From: Hypanus sabinus
Lineage: Eukaryota
NCBI RefSeq assembly: GCF_030144855.1
Contig: NW_026780455.1
Span: 310,001-374,000, forward strand
Reading direction: 5' to 3'
Length of the DNA: 64,000 nt
The translations under genes were made by a program, and so were the position numbers. The notes below the pieces were generated by a model, which ran no database searches, was not told the DNA's origin, and saw only the letters and a list, made by a program, of their open reading frames with translations. This document shows, in pieces, positions 24,025 through 35,708 of this stretch (positions are counted from its first letter, which is position 1; each line of letters begins with the position of its first letter).

Positions 24025-24646
24025 ATGTGTCTGTTTCTGCTCTTTATTCTCGCCTTCCACTGTGAGTGAAAGCTGTAAATACTTTTTTTTTAAATTTCTC
24101 TGCTTCCGTATACCTTTCAAATTCCCGTCTCCTGTCGTCTTGTACTCATTATTTATTTAGTTCGAGCCGTCGTGTCCGCACACGATCTGCCCTCTGTGGC
24201 AGCCTCTAAATTCCGATCTCATCTCGACCTTTCCCGACATCCATCCCCCTCTTTGTTTACCTCAATGCACCCCCTTTCTCTCCTTTCACATTGACCAGCC
24301 TCTCCATGTTCATTCATCCCGTTCCGTCCCCCGTCTCTCATTTCCAGACGCGACCTCGGTGACGATCCACCAGATTCCGGCTTTCTCCGGAACTCCCGAC
24401 CAGAAGGTGACCCTGAATTGCAGAATCGAGGGTAGTACCAGTGCTGGTAATCAGTTGTACTGGTACCGACAATCCCCGGGAAAGGGGCCGGAGAACATGT
24501 TTTACTCAGCGACAGAAAGGAATGTCCGTCCAGAGGGACTGGTCGACGGTTTTACGGCGGAGAGACCGCAGACTACCGAGTTCTTCCTGAAGTCCGACAA
24601 ACTGGAGGCGGATTCGTCGGCCGTGTATTTCTGCGCCTGGAGTATT
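24025..24646 (+). CDS. TRBV: TCR V segment Vh (family A), open, mosaic
   Basis: Leader MCLFLLFILAFH 24025-24061; exon 24348-24646 ending YFCAWSI. Confidence 0.92.
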
Positions 24647-24685
24647 CACGGCGGCTCAGAGTGACGGGGCAGCTGTACAAAAACT
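24647..24685 (+). other. 23-RSS of Vh
   Basis: CACGGCG-23 nt-ACAAAAACT. Confidence 0.92.
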
Positions 24686-26310
24686 CTCACTGTCAGCAGC
24701 ATCGTTGCTGTCAGCTGAACAGGAAATGCGAAGTCTGTCAATCAGCGGTTGGGAGGCGAGACTATCAGTGAGGCGTTGCGCACTGGTGACCAATCGGTGA
24801 GAGAAGGGGTGGAACTATTGCATTTAATGTCTCCCCTTATTAAGCATTCATACGGGTGACGATAATACGAGCACAGATCTCTCCACTCCATCCTTCCTTT
24901 TTAATGTGCGGTTTCCCCACATATCTGCAGCGCCAGAGGCTCGTAACCTTTGAGTGCGACTGGACATAGCTCATCATGTCCCGTCCGAAAGATCAAATCT
25001 ACCGTTCTTTATCCTCTTTATTCACTCGTCGCAGCACAGCACAAGCTGGGACGTTGAGGACTGTTGCAGAACAGAGGGACCCCGGTCTATAATGGTCAGA
25101 CGTAAACGTTGTGAATTGTGGGGAGTGTCGAGGGACAGTGGGACCACCTTCAACAAGGGAATGACTAACAAACCGTCCATGGAGGGGAAAGCCCAGAGAC
25201 AAACGGTGCACAATGGGTAGAACACACTCATTGAAGTACAGGTTTGAAGGTGGTAGAAAAATCAGGCGAAGGGGAAAGCTGGGCGGATGGGGTTGTGAGG
25301 GCTTCTGTATGAGATGCTGGGAGGAGACAGTTTGATTAGATAAAGAGAGGAAGTAGAAGTCAGCTGACATTGGAAAGCGGTGACTCATGGGAATAGGTTC
25401 AGGAGGGGCGGAACCGGAAGGACATGATGGACAGGTGAGACCGTAAGAGGTAGGTTGGTATCACGAAAAGGGAACGGAAAGAGCAAGGAGTGGTGGACAA
25501 ATCCCTAGATCTCAGTGTAACAGTGGTCCACAGTGTGATTTCCTCTGGCACTGCGGGTGATCTGGTGGTAATAATTATTAGCGACATTATCAGGCCGGTC
25601 TGGTCGAAGTCCCCCAACATGCCGGGGAAGGCATCGGGACGGGCTGTTTCATATCTGTTGATTAAATCGCACATTTCGTCCAGAGCCCGTTTGGCATGAG
25701 CCTGAGGTGGAACGAACAGCGCCTCCGAAAAGATGGCCTGAGACCTAAATTATGAGGTATTCCAGGTCTGGAATGCAAATTCCTTTGGAATATTCGAAGC
25801 TGGAAGGCACGTATCCACGGGAATCAGGATTAAAGTAGATGGCGAATGAATCCTACGGAAGCGAGGGAGCCTGGACCACCTCAAATCTGTTGATAACATG
25901 ATGGCAGTTGGATTCCGCTATGCTGTAAGGCGACGGAGAAGGCGGGTACTTCCCGGCATGGAAGCGATGCCACGTTCAAGAAACAATAAATAAATAAATT
26001 GGATAATAATTGCGGTGCGTGTTGGGGTCCCGAGAACCTAGGTGCCAATTTATTTTAAACGTTTTCCTTGCGATATTTGCCACCGCGCTCCGAATCATCT
26101 AAACGCGTCGGCTTTGCATGTTTACACCTCGGCTCTTGCCGTCAGCTTCTCAACAGCGGAAGCCATTCAAAGGAGGTACACCGCTACGGAAGTGACGTGT
26201 TGTCACTCAGCCAACGGGAAGACCTTCAACAGGCCGCGCAGACGTCACTGACATCTGATACCGAGCTTCATTCGGGTCCACACAGCGGAACTACCCTCAT
26301 TCTGTAAACG

Positions 26311-27185
26311 ATGGTGCGGGGGTCACTTTGCCTCCCGCTGATTCTGGTGGCGATCCCGCGTAAGTTAAAATCACAGGTCTGGGGTTACGGGGGCACGGAA
26401 TGCCCTCTGTATTGCAGTATCGGTTAGATTTCCTCGTCTGATCACTGTAACCCGTTAACGCGCTTTTCGGTGATGCACTGCCGGATAGGGCATTTAAACG
26501 GCGTCTCCTTCAGCTTGGAAGGGGATATCAAGCGATCTTTCCGAGGGTATGTGGGGCCCTGCGACGAATTGAACGCAGACCAAACGCGAATATGCGAATA
26601 TCCTGCAGGGTATTCAACGGCAGTTCTTCACTCCGTTTCAATGGCTCTCGTTGTGTCTGAATCAGATTAAGTCGGAGTCGGAGCTGTCTCGCCTGTTGCG
26701 TGTCTATTCAGCCCGTCGATTCTCACCGCCAGTGGAATCTGGTCGTGCCGCGAGGATGGCCAATCGTGTCAATGGAAAAGTGAGCAGGGTCTTCGAGATT
26801 GCCAGAAATGTCCTTCTGTCCAGCTCAGCACTTGATGTTCAATCGAAAAAAAAAATTGGAGTCGAATCTTTTCTTTTTTTCTATCTTCTAGTGATTCTCT
26901 CCGCGTACGTGGAGCAATCGCCGTCCTCCCTGTCAATCGGTGTGGGACAGCCGTTCAGCATCGAATGCACTGTGCCGAATATGGGCTATCAAGATCTGTA
27001 TTGGTACAGGCAGCGACCCGGCCGGGCAATAGATTGTCTCTTCTATTCTGTTGGACAAGGTTCGGTTAGAAACTACACATCCGATTCCTTCACGGCGACA
27101 AGACCCAGCAGCACTCTGTTTAAACTGGAACTGGGTCGGGCATCGGCCTCCCACTCCGCCGTCTACTACTGCGCTTGTAGTAGCG
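26311..27185 (+). CDS. TRBV: TCR V segment Vi (family B), open
   Basis: Leader MVRGSLCLPLILVAIP 26311-26359 with gtaagt donor. Exon 26892-27185: ILSAYVEQSPSSLSIGVGQPFSIEC...WYRQ...YYCACSS. Confidence 0.92.
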
Positions 27186-27224
27186 CACAGAACTACAGAT
27201 AACGAGTCTCCCCCTGCAAAAACC
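27186..27224 (+). other. 23-RSS of Vi
   Basis: CACAGAA-23 nt-GCAAAAACC. Confidence 0.88.
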
Positions 27225-27263
27225 TTCCAGCCTGCAGCAGGGAGGTTCAGTGGCGATGTTGTA

Positions 27264-27277
27264 CCAGTAGGTGGCAG
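27264..27277 (+). promoter_or_regulatory. RSS-proximal CTCF-like motif (Vi)
   Basis: CCAGTAGGTGGCAG ~40 bp 3' of the nonamer. Confidence 0.65.
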
Positions 27278-29042
27278 CACAAGACCGTGTTCGACTGCTC
27301 CTATCTGTCAAGAACGGTCTGCACTCGGCTGCCTTTCCGCGCGTGCACCTGCTACCTCATATATCGCATCGACAAGCAAAGGGGCTTTGATGAATAACGG
27401 CCTGTTGTACCATCTGCTCTGCAATTGACGGCAGGAAACCCGAGGGGGCCTGCACACAGCTCAGCACATCGCTCAAACGTCGCCTCTGTCTGTACACCTC
27501 GTTACCTCAGTAAAGGAGCCGATGATAATAAAGGCCCCAGTCATCAATCTAGCAGGATCTTTGCCCGTTACCCTACTCTTATGCTCGAGGACAGGACAAT
27601 AATGTGGTTTCTCGACATCACAATCTACCTATCTGTAGTCCTGTTCACCCTCACTGCGGTTTTCTCTGTAGAATTTAATCATTTTTGATGAACTTTATTG
27701 TACACCAATGCTCTGTGCTCTGTATGCAAGACCAGATTTTCACCGTGTCCATAGATGAAGTAAGTGTAAACGTATTTATTAATTTACCTTTCTCTGTATC
27801 GATGCAAAATTTAATGAATTGTTTTCTGCGAACATGCTTTATACGGTATAACTGTATAGGGCCAGACATTATAATTCTGATTCCCATTCACATTTTGACG
27901 TGTCGGTTCTTGGCGACCCCTGGCGTCAAGACGAGGCTACAGTCAAGGTCGAGGAACAACTTCTTATATTCCATCTGAGTACCCTCCAACTTGATGGTGT
28001 ATATTACTGTTACCTTTTCCTTTTGCTCGCCTGACTATTGCTTCTCCCTTGAAACTCTCCTCCTTCCCCTTCCCGTTTTCCGTCTCCTCTCCTATCATAT
28101 AGCATATTCTTCCACCTCCAGCCCCTTTTAACCATCCCGCAACTATTATTTCAGGAATTTTCCCGCACCCTCCACCCCGCTCCACTTTTCACTCTCAGTC
28201 CTGATGAAGGGTCTCGCCATGAAACGTTCAATGTTACACTTTTCCACACGCCATCAAGAGCGGTAGGGCGCGAGTCTCCGGCCACAGAAAATCCTTCCAC
28301 CTATGGAGAAGAAGGTGCAGAACAGACTTCTCGCCACGTGAGGGCAGCAGAACACTGTACATCGCTGCACATTGTCCGACTCGAACGGCCCACAGCAACG
28401 CGCGATAGTTATGCCGATGTATCTGTAAAAGTTTGCTCTATGGATGCATCTGTACCAATGCTAATATCTCGCACATACATCTTAGGCATTGACTTGCTGC
28501 AACAAGATTGGTTGATGAGTCGTTTGTATTAGCGAGTGGGTGAAGTGCCGTCTAATAAAGTGGCCACATCATCTGAGTAACGAATGAAAACATGGACAGA
28601 TGGGTTTGTAAGTTTGAAAGCGACACACTGATTGACGACGTCAAGGATGTTAGAGCGGGTTGTCCACAAAGAGACCGGGTTATCTGTGTGGTCAGTGCGT
28701 AGCTGAGCTGATAATGAGGCCGCTGAGTGTACGTTGTGTTGTCTTTATTATCTCCTCTGCAGACCTTCGCTGCTCCTTCTCACCTTTCTCAGTATTCCGT
28801 CTAGAGGAGAGATTGCCCAACCCGAGGCAGCAGCATATTGAGCTGCTACTGATTTTCGCTTCTGTTCCTAGCAGGAGACAAGCGACGTTCTGTGGTGGCC
28901 CTAACACCACCACTTCTGCGTCTACTCGCCACGAAATTCCCTGTGACTTTCACGCACTTTCAGTCTGCGGGTCCAGAGTCAGTGAATCAGTAGACACACA
29001 CAAATGCATTACGGATAATTACGGATAATTTAGTGAGAGAGG

Positions 29043-29080
<38 letters not shown>

Positions 29081-29081
29081 T

Positions 29082-29352
29082 CTGGCGACTCACTTCCTAG
29101 CGCACTCGAACCGGCTCACAAATAGCCAGCGCGCCGGCATAAAGGCCAGTCCCAAAGAGGCGCCAGGTCTGCTTCACCAACAAAGGTAAAAGCCTGCGCG
29201 GGACTGTGAATACGTGTCCCCTACAACATCCGCGCCCGGGGAAGGCGGGATCAGGGAGGCTTTAAAGCGAGGCCGCGAAGTTCGAATAAAATCTTCTTTA
29301 ACTGCAGTTTACCGACTCCGTATCGTTATTTTAGCGCTGCGTGTAGCACACC
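29082..29352 (+). mobile_element. Probable solo LTR fragment
   Basis: Block absent from the paralogous flanks, with AATAAA and a U5-like end ...gctgcgtgtagcacaccgc; flanked by (GATA)n and (GA)n. Confidence 0.45.
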
Positions 29353-30370
29353 GCAGAGATAGAGAGAGAGAGAGAGAGAGTGATTGCAGGAAATAATGAG
29401 AAACGGGAAACCCATAACTGTGTTTTTACTGATGGTAGTTCATCAATCTCTGATTAATTACCAGATCAAAATCAGTGTCTCTCCTAAGTATGTTTGTTCA
29501 TCAACTGCTTACACTGTCGTTCAAAACTGATTGTACTACCAGCTGCGCTTTTCTTTCGGCATTTTAATTTTAATGCCGCCAGATGTATGACGCGCAGGAT
29601 GTGACGCAGACGTCAACAGGCCAGTAGCATAACAGAAATCTAAACAGTCAACGCATAGTGCTTCTCCTGAATGCTAGCATTGTGCTGCACATGATTCCAA
29701 AGCGGCAGGAGTCTCTCTCGGAAAGATTCTGGTTTGTGGGACAGATTGCTTCCTACTTATTCTGCAGTTGATCCCAAGTATGTCAATACAGCACAGAACC
29801 ACGGTAAGGGGTGGTGTTCTTGGTGAACTTAGATATGGCGACAATGGCTTGGTAGAAGGTCGAACATTCGAAACGTCCTTCCGATCTCATGTCCCGAAAC
29901 TCTAAGATCACACCACCAATGACCAAGCACCAGCGGGCGGCCGTCCTTCTGTGTTTAGTGATGGGAATGATACGTCCTCTCCGAAGGACGGGATTAAACT
30001 CGTTAGAGGGCATTTGCATTTTTCTCCGCCGTACCGTTAGAGGGTTGAAGTCTGGATCCTAAGTGATCAAATTCGAGGGAGCTGTCCGATTTCCAGAGAG
30101 AGAGAGGGAGAGAGAGACCGAGGCAATCACCACTGGTCTACCGTTGTGATAGGGGTGTGGTAAGTCAAGTAGAGACAGCTGATGATTCGGCAGAGTATAA
30201 CCGCGCATGCCTCGATTCAGATTGGCCAAAAGAAGCACGGGGCGTGGCCATCCGTTTCACCATTGACCATTCAGGTCACTGAGTTACATCAGAAGCGGGA
30301 CTGAAGTGAGTGGATTCATTGCTCCTGAACACAACACTTTCACTTGGGACGGAATAAACCTCCAGGGAAG

Positions 30371-30947
30371 ATGTTGCTGTTTCTCCAGCTGATCGTCTCC
30401 TTCCACTGTGAGGGAAATTTGCTAATATTTTTTCCTCTCTTTTCCCTCGGGTAATCCTCACGTCCTTTCGTCCTGTGCCTTTTCTATCTCATTATGCGCT
30501 TTTCTCCGCACATTTCCATCCTCACTGTGATCTTTCTTCGTACCGGGGCGCCGGCGGAAGATACGACAAATTCAACCCTCCCTCTTCTGTACACGGCCGT
30601 TCTCGCTTCCGCACGCTCGCCTCTTTTCACTCCCACTCTCTTCCTCAGATGTGACCCCGGTGACGATCCGCCAGACTCCAGCTTTCTCCAGTCCTACCGG
30701 CCGGGCTGTGACGCTGAACTGTACTGTCGAGGGGAGTAGCAACACGGCTGATAGAATGTTCTGGTACAGACAATACCCGGGACAGGGGCTCGAGAACTTG
30801 TTCTACTCTACATATGCCGGCATCGTGGAACCAAAGGGGTCGCTGTACGGCTTTACCGCAGAGAGGCCGAGCAGCTACGTCTTCAGGCTGAGCTCCGTCG
30901 GTTTGGAGGCGAATTCGTCAGCCGTGTACTTCTGTGCCTGGAGTGAT
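30371..30947 (+). CDS. TRBV: TCR V segment Vj (divergent family A), open
   Basis: Leader MLLFLQLIVSFH 30371-30407 (donor gtgagg). Exon 30649-30947: VTPVTIRQTPAFSSPTGRAVTLNC...WYRQ...YFCAWSD. Confidence 0.92.
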
Positions 30948-30986
30948 CACAGCGACTGGGTCAGACGGAGGAGCTGAACAAAAACC
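30948..30986 (+). other. 23-RSS of Vj
   Basis: CACAGCG-23 nt-ACAAAAACC (consensus nonamer). Confidence 0.95.
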
Positions 30987-31027
30987 TCACCGGCTTGATG
31001 TCAGTCTGAGCCTGGGTGTGAGCCTGT

Positions 31028-31043
31028 CCGACAGGTGGCGCTG
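31028..31043 (+). promoter_or_regulatory. RSS-proximal CTCF-like motif (Vj)
   Basis: CCGACAGGTGGCGCTG ~41 bp 3' of the nonamer. Confidence 0.6.
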
Positions 31044-31904
31044 CGTTGCTGCCACTGAGGTGAATAAAGGGCGACGGTATCGCAGCTGCGCTTGTCATGT
31101 ACTTTTCTTGTCAGGCATTAAAATGGCGGAAGCGATTCTGCACAGATATTTTTGCACCCGTTTTGTTTTTATTTTAGGTGAAAGCTTCCCTCCGATGATC
31201 AGACTAAATAGAAACTACCTCCATCTGAATTCGCCATTCTCCAATCATGCGCTCTCAACCCACTACGTCTTTTTGTCGTAACATAAAATGCAAGGACACT
31301 TGGTGTGTTGAGGAACAGCTGGTCCTGGGTGTAGATTGGCAATAACCCCACCCTGAAACGTTCGCACTGCTGATGAACAGGGAGAACCTGGTGATCTGGC
31401 CGTCCCACGCTCAGTTGTTTCGGATCTCGGGGAAGGGTGCGGGACTGCAATGGCTTCACGCACAACAGGAGCTTGTCGTCAGCAAGAAAACAGGTGAGCT
31501 GACTGTCACGTAGGAAGAGGCTTACACTCAGACGCCATCGTGTTGTTATTCGTCAGAGTACATGCTGCAGGCCTTGTTATTTCGTCCCTCCCTGAACATT
31601 CAAAAGGGAGAAATTCTTCTCCGCAAAGAACTTCACAGACGGGTCCTCGTCACGTGACTCTGTCGATCGTATCTTCCCAGTGAGGCCACCTAGATTGAGA
31701 TTCCGACTATCTGCAGTCTCCCTGCACCTACCCTGCACCCATTGGTCCCTTCGCCCATCTGATGGGCACTTTGACAGCGGCGCCGGAGGCAGGCATATCT
31801 CTGACGTAACGCCTGTACTCCCCAAAGGTTCTTGGAGGCTGCCTGACAAGAGGACGTAGTTCTGTAAGCAATGTACTAAACAGAAAATAAATAGGAGATG
31901 TCTA

Positions 31905-32085
31905 GACATGGGTAGATAAATAGATAGATGGATTGATAAACAGACTAACAGAAAGATACCTAGAATGATAGACAGATAGATAGAAAGAAAGAGACAGATA
32001 GATAGATAGATAGACAGACAGACCGTCAGATTGGCAGTTAGATAAATGGAAGGATAGGTAGCTTGAGAAAAGAAAGATAGATGCG
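31905..32085. repeat. Degenerate (GATA/GACA)n
   Basis: Direct reading; a purer (GATA)n tract lies at 29043-29080. Confidence 0.9.
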
Positions 32086-32659
32086 TACATACAAAAGTAT
32101 TCAGACAAAAGGGCGGAGAGAGAATACCGTCACAGCTCAGAGGTGACAACTGATGATTAAGGACGGTAGGCAGGGAGAGGGTGAGACTCATACTGAGGCA
32201 GACACAAAAGGAGAGAGTCGATGCTCCCGACAACCAGCTTCAGCTTATTAGGGACAGGAGGTGTTCGTGTAGATGTAGAGGAAGAGAATAATCTTCAGAG
32301 AGAGAGTGGGAAGAGCAAGATAGAGAGAATTTCGCTGGGGAGAGAGTTAGGTGGGTGTCCACCTAATTTGCATCGAACGTTAAACATTCGTTCTGAATGG
32401 TTGAGAGAAGAACGAAGCGGGGCAACAAAGCAGCACTGACTGCGAGAGGCGGCGGCTGTGTCCTATGTCCGGCAATCAGGAAACGCTGGGGGGACTCAGC
32501 ACGTCAGGCAGTATCTATGGAGGGGAATAAGCAGTCGATGTTTAATCCCGAGTCATTGCATCAGAACTGGAAGAGAATCTAAAATAATAAAATGCGGAAG
32601 CAGAAGGAGCACAAGACGAGGTTGTACAAACACACCGCAAATGGTGGGTAATGTCCAGA

Positions 32660-34410
32660 GACAGAGGGACCTCGGTGTACGACGGTAGGACACACACCGT
32701 GAACGGTGTGGAGTGTCCAGAGGCAGAATGACCTCGGTGTACGAGGGTAGGACACACACCGTGAACGGTAGGGTGTGTCGAGGGATAGAGGGACCTCGGT
32801 GTACGAGGGTAGGACACACACCGTGAACGGTGGGGAGTGTCAAGGGACAGGGGGACCTCGGTGTACGAGGGTAGGACACACACCGTGAACGGTGGGGAGT
32901 GTCAAGGGACAGGGGGACCTAGGTGTACGAGGGTAGGACACACACCGTGAACGGTGTGGAGTGTCCAGAGGCAGAATGACCTCGGTGTACGAGGGTAGGA
33001 CACACTCCGTGAACGGTGTGGAGTGTCCAGAGACAAAGGGACCTCGGTGTACGAGGGTAGGACATACCGTGAACGGTGTGGAGTGTCCAGAGACAGAGGG
33101 ACTCGGTGTACGAGGGTAGGACACACACCGTGAACGGTGTGGAGTGTCCAGAGACAAAGGGACCTCGGTGTACGAGGGTAGGACACACACCGTGAACGGT
33201 GTGGAGTGTCCAGAGACAAAGGGACCTCGGTGTACGAGGGTAGGACACACCGTGAACGGTGGGGAGTGTCCAGAGACAGAGGGACCTCGGTGTACGAGGG
33301 TCGGACACACACCGTGAACGGTGTGTAGTGTCGAGGGACAGGAGGACCTCGGTGTACGAGGGTAGGACACACACCGTGAACGGTAGGGTGTGTCGAGGGA
33401 TAGAGGGACCTCGGTGTACGAGGGTAGGACCCACACCGTGAACGGTGGGGAGTGTCGAGGGACAGGGGGACCTCGGTGTACGAGGGTAGGACACACACCG
33501 TGAACGGTGGGGAGTGTCCAGGGAGAGGGGGACCTCGGTGTACGGGGGTCGGACACACACAGTGAACGGTGAGGAGTGTCCAGGGACAGGGGGACCTTGG
33601 TGTATGAGGGTAAGACACACACCGTGAACGGTGGGGAGTGTCCAGGGACAGGGGGACCTCGGTGTACGAGGGTAGGACACACACCGTGAACGGTGGGGAG
33701 TGTCGAGGGACAGAGGGACCTCGGTGTACGAGGGGTCGGACACACACCATGAACGGTGGGGAGTGTCCAGGGACAGAGAGAACTCGGTGTACGAGGGTAG
33801 GACACACTCCGTGAACGGTGGCGAATGTCCAGAGACAGTCGGACCTCGGTGTACGAGGGTATGACACACCCGTGAACGGTGGGGTGTGTCCACAGACAGT
33901 CGGACCTCGGTGTGCGAGGGAAGGACACACACCGTGAACGGTAGGGAGTGTCGAGGGGTAGAGGGACCTCGGTGTACGAGAGTAGGACACACACCGTGAA
34001 CGGTGGGGAGTGTCGAGGGACAGGGGGACCTCGGTGTACGAGGGGTCGGACACACACCATGAACGGTGGGGAGTGTCGAGGGACAGGGGGACCTCGGTGT
34101 ACGAGGGTAGGACACACACCGTGAACGGTGGAGAGTGTCCTGGGAGAGGGGGACCTCGGTGTACGAGGGTAGGACCCACACCGTGAACGGTGGGGAGTGT
34201 CGAGGGACAGGGGGACCTCGGTGTACGAGGGTAGGACACACACCGTGAACGGTGGAGAGTGTCCTGGGAGAGGGGGACCTCGGTGTACGAGGGTAGGACC
34301 CACACCGTGAACGGTGGGGAGTGTCGAGGGACAGGGGGACCTCGGTGTACGAGGGTAGGACCAACACAGTGTGGGTAATCTTAACGAGCAGAGGACCCTC
34401 GGTGTGCGAG
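32660..34410. repeat. 62-bp minisatellite, ~28 copies
   Basis: Unit ~GGACCTCGGTGTACGAGGGTAGGACACACACCGTGAACGGTGGGGAGTGTCGAGGGACAGGG; period measured at 33411/33473/33535. Confidence 0.95.
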
Positions 34411-35036
34411 TGTGCACGGTGGGGAGAGTCGAAGGGTGGAGGGGCCTCTGTGTGCGAAGATAGCAGAGTGCTGGATAATGGGGATTGCTAAGAGACGGGG
34501 AAGGGATGCGATAACGAGGGTCGTTGTGAGCTGTTTTGCGTCCCTTTCCCAGGACTGGAAGAGATGAAATCGGAGATAATCAAGGGAGATGCAGGAGAAT
34601 GATCCCCACATTTCGGGACGAGCCCCCTCATCGGGAGATGTCTGCTGACGACCAGCGAGAGGATGCCGGATAGACGGAATGGAGATCAGATGACCAGGGT
34701 ATACGCAGAATCGCATCTTCACACTTCATGTCTGTGCTTGCTGAGGGATTCAAGTCACTGAACCCAACCTGAGACCAAAGCTTCACATTCGACCCTTGAA
34801 AAGAAAGAGTTAATTTTGATTCCTGCTTGTTATATCTGCAAAATGGAGTAACACGGAGTAGCAGTTTGTAAGAAAACAATGATTTCAGCCCGGAACCTGG
34901 TAAGAGCATGAAGATGTCCATGGACACAGATCCTTGAGGATTGATCGTGGAGAAGAATATGGTCTTCCCTACAGATCTGCTCTCACTCCCTCGCTGAGCT
35001 GGATCGGAGGGCGACATGTGGAGGTACAGGCCGCTA

Positions 35037-35049
35037 ACACTAGGGGGCG
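35037..35049 (+). promoter_or_regulatory. CTCF-like motif upstream of Vk
   Basis: ACACTAGGGGGCG. Confidence 0.55.
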
Positions 35050-35708
35050 GAAAGCACCGCAGTAAAATGTACGTTCGATCACACGACGCGAATGAACAGG
35101 GTCAAATTATTATTCTGCGAATGTAAATTTTCAGCGAACCTGGTGAGTTTCGGGGGTGAGGGCAGGGAGTCATGAGAAAGGGGTGGGGAGAGAAAGAGAG
35201 AGAGAGAGAGAGATAGAGAGGGAGGGAGAGAGGAAGGGAGCGGGAGAGAGACAGAGATTTAATGCAGAATCCTACTCAATGCGGGAGACAGGGCATTTTG
35301 TAAGCTTCATTAAGTGGCCCTCGTCGCCAGAGAATCTTAGGTTCAGCGAAAGGAATGCCACCTGCGGCCCGTAATCTTGCACTTGTTGTGTAGCTCTACG
35401 GAACTGCATTGACTTGGAAGTTTAAATAAGTCGCACGCAGTAGGATAACATGGGGTGGGCTGTGGTGACGAAAGAGAGAGGGAAGGCGGGAACAGCAAAT
35501 CAGAGAGTGTGTTGTCCGGTCAACATGGTTGAGTGGGACCGACACATCCGTCAAATCAGGTTGGTGCGTGGAAGGGGCGGGGCCAATCGGTATTTCCGTC
35601 AATCCACCTACGACACTGATATATGCAACAATCCGGATTGAAGTGAATGGATTCGTCTCTGCTTCACGCACTACTTTGATCACTGAGAGAATAAACCCTC
35701 CGAGGAAG

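Larger units (their letters stand above)
18940..24690 (+). repeat. Segmental duplicate of window 1-~5100
   Basis: Collinear near-identity by eye, including Va/Vg and Vb/Vh, the CR1 relic and the N-run position. Confidence 0.9.
24690..29030 (+). repeat. Segmental duplicate of ~12100-16900
   Basis: Shared Vd-type 3' flank, LINE endonuclease relic, family B V and downstream flank. Confidence 0.9.

Noticed and set aside
32660-34410. CRISPR-like periodicity
   Set aside because: There are no unique spacers; whole units are homologous and the DNA is vertebrate.
32840-34417. Three long minus-strand ORFs (467-525 aa)
   Set aside because: They arise in all three frames from a 62-bp repeat lacking stop codons on that strand; there are no coding features.
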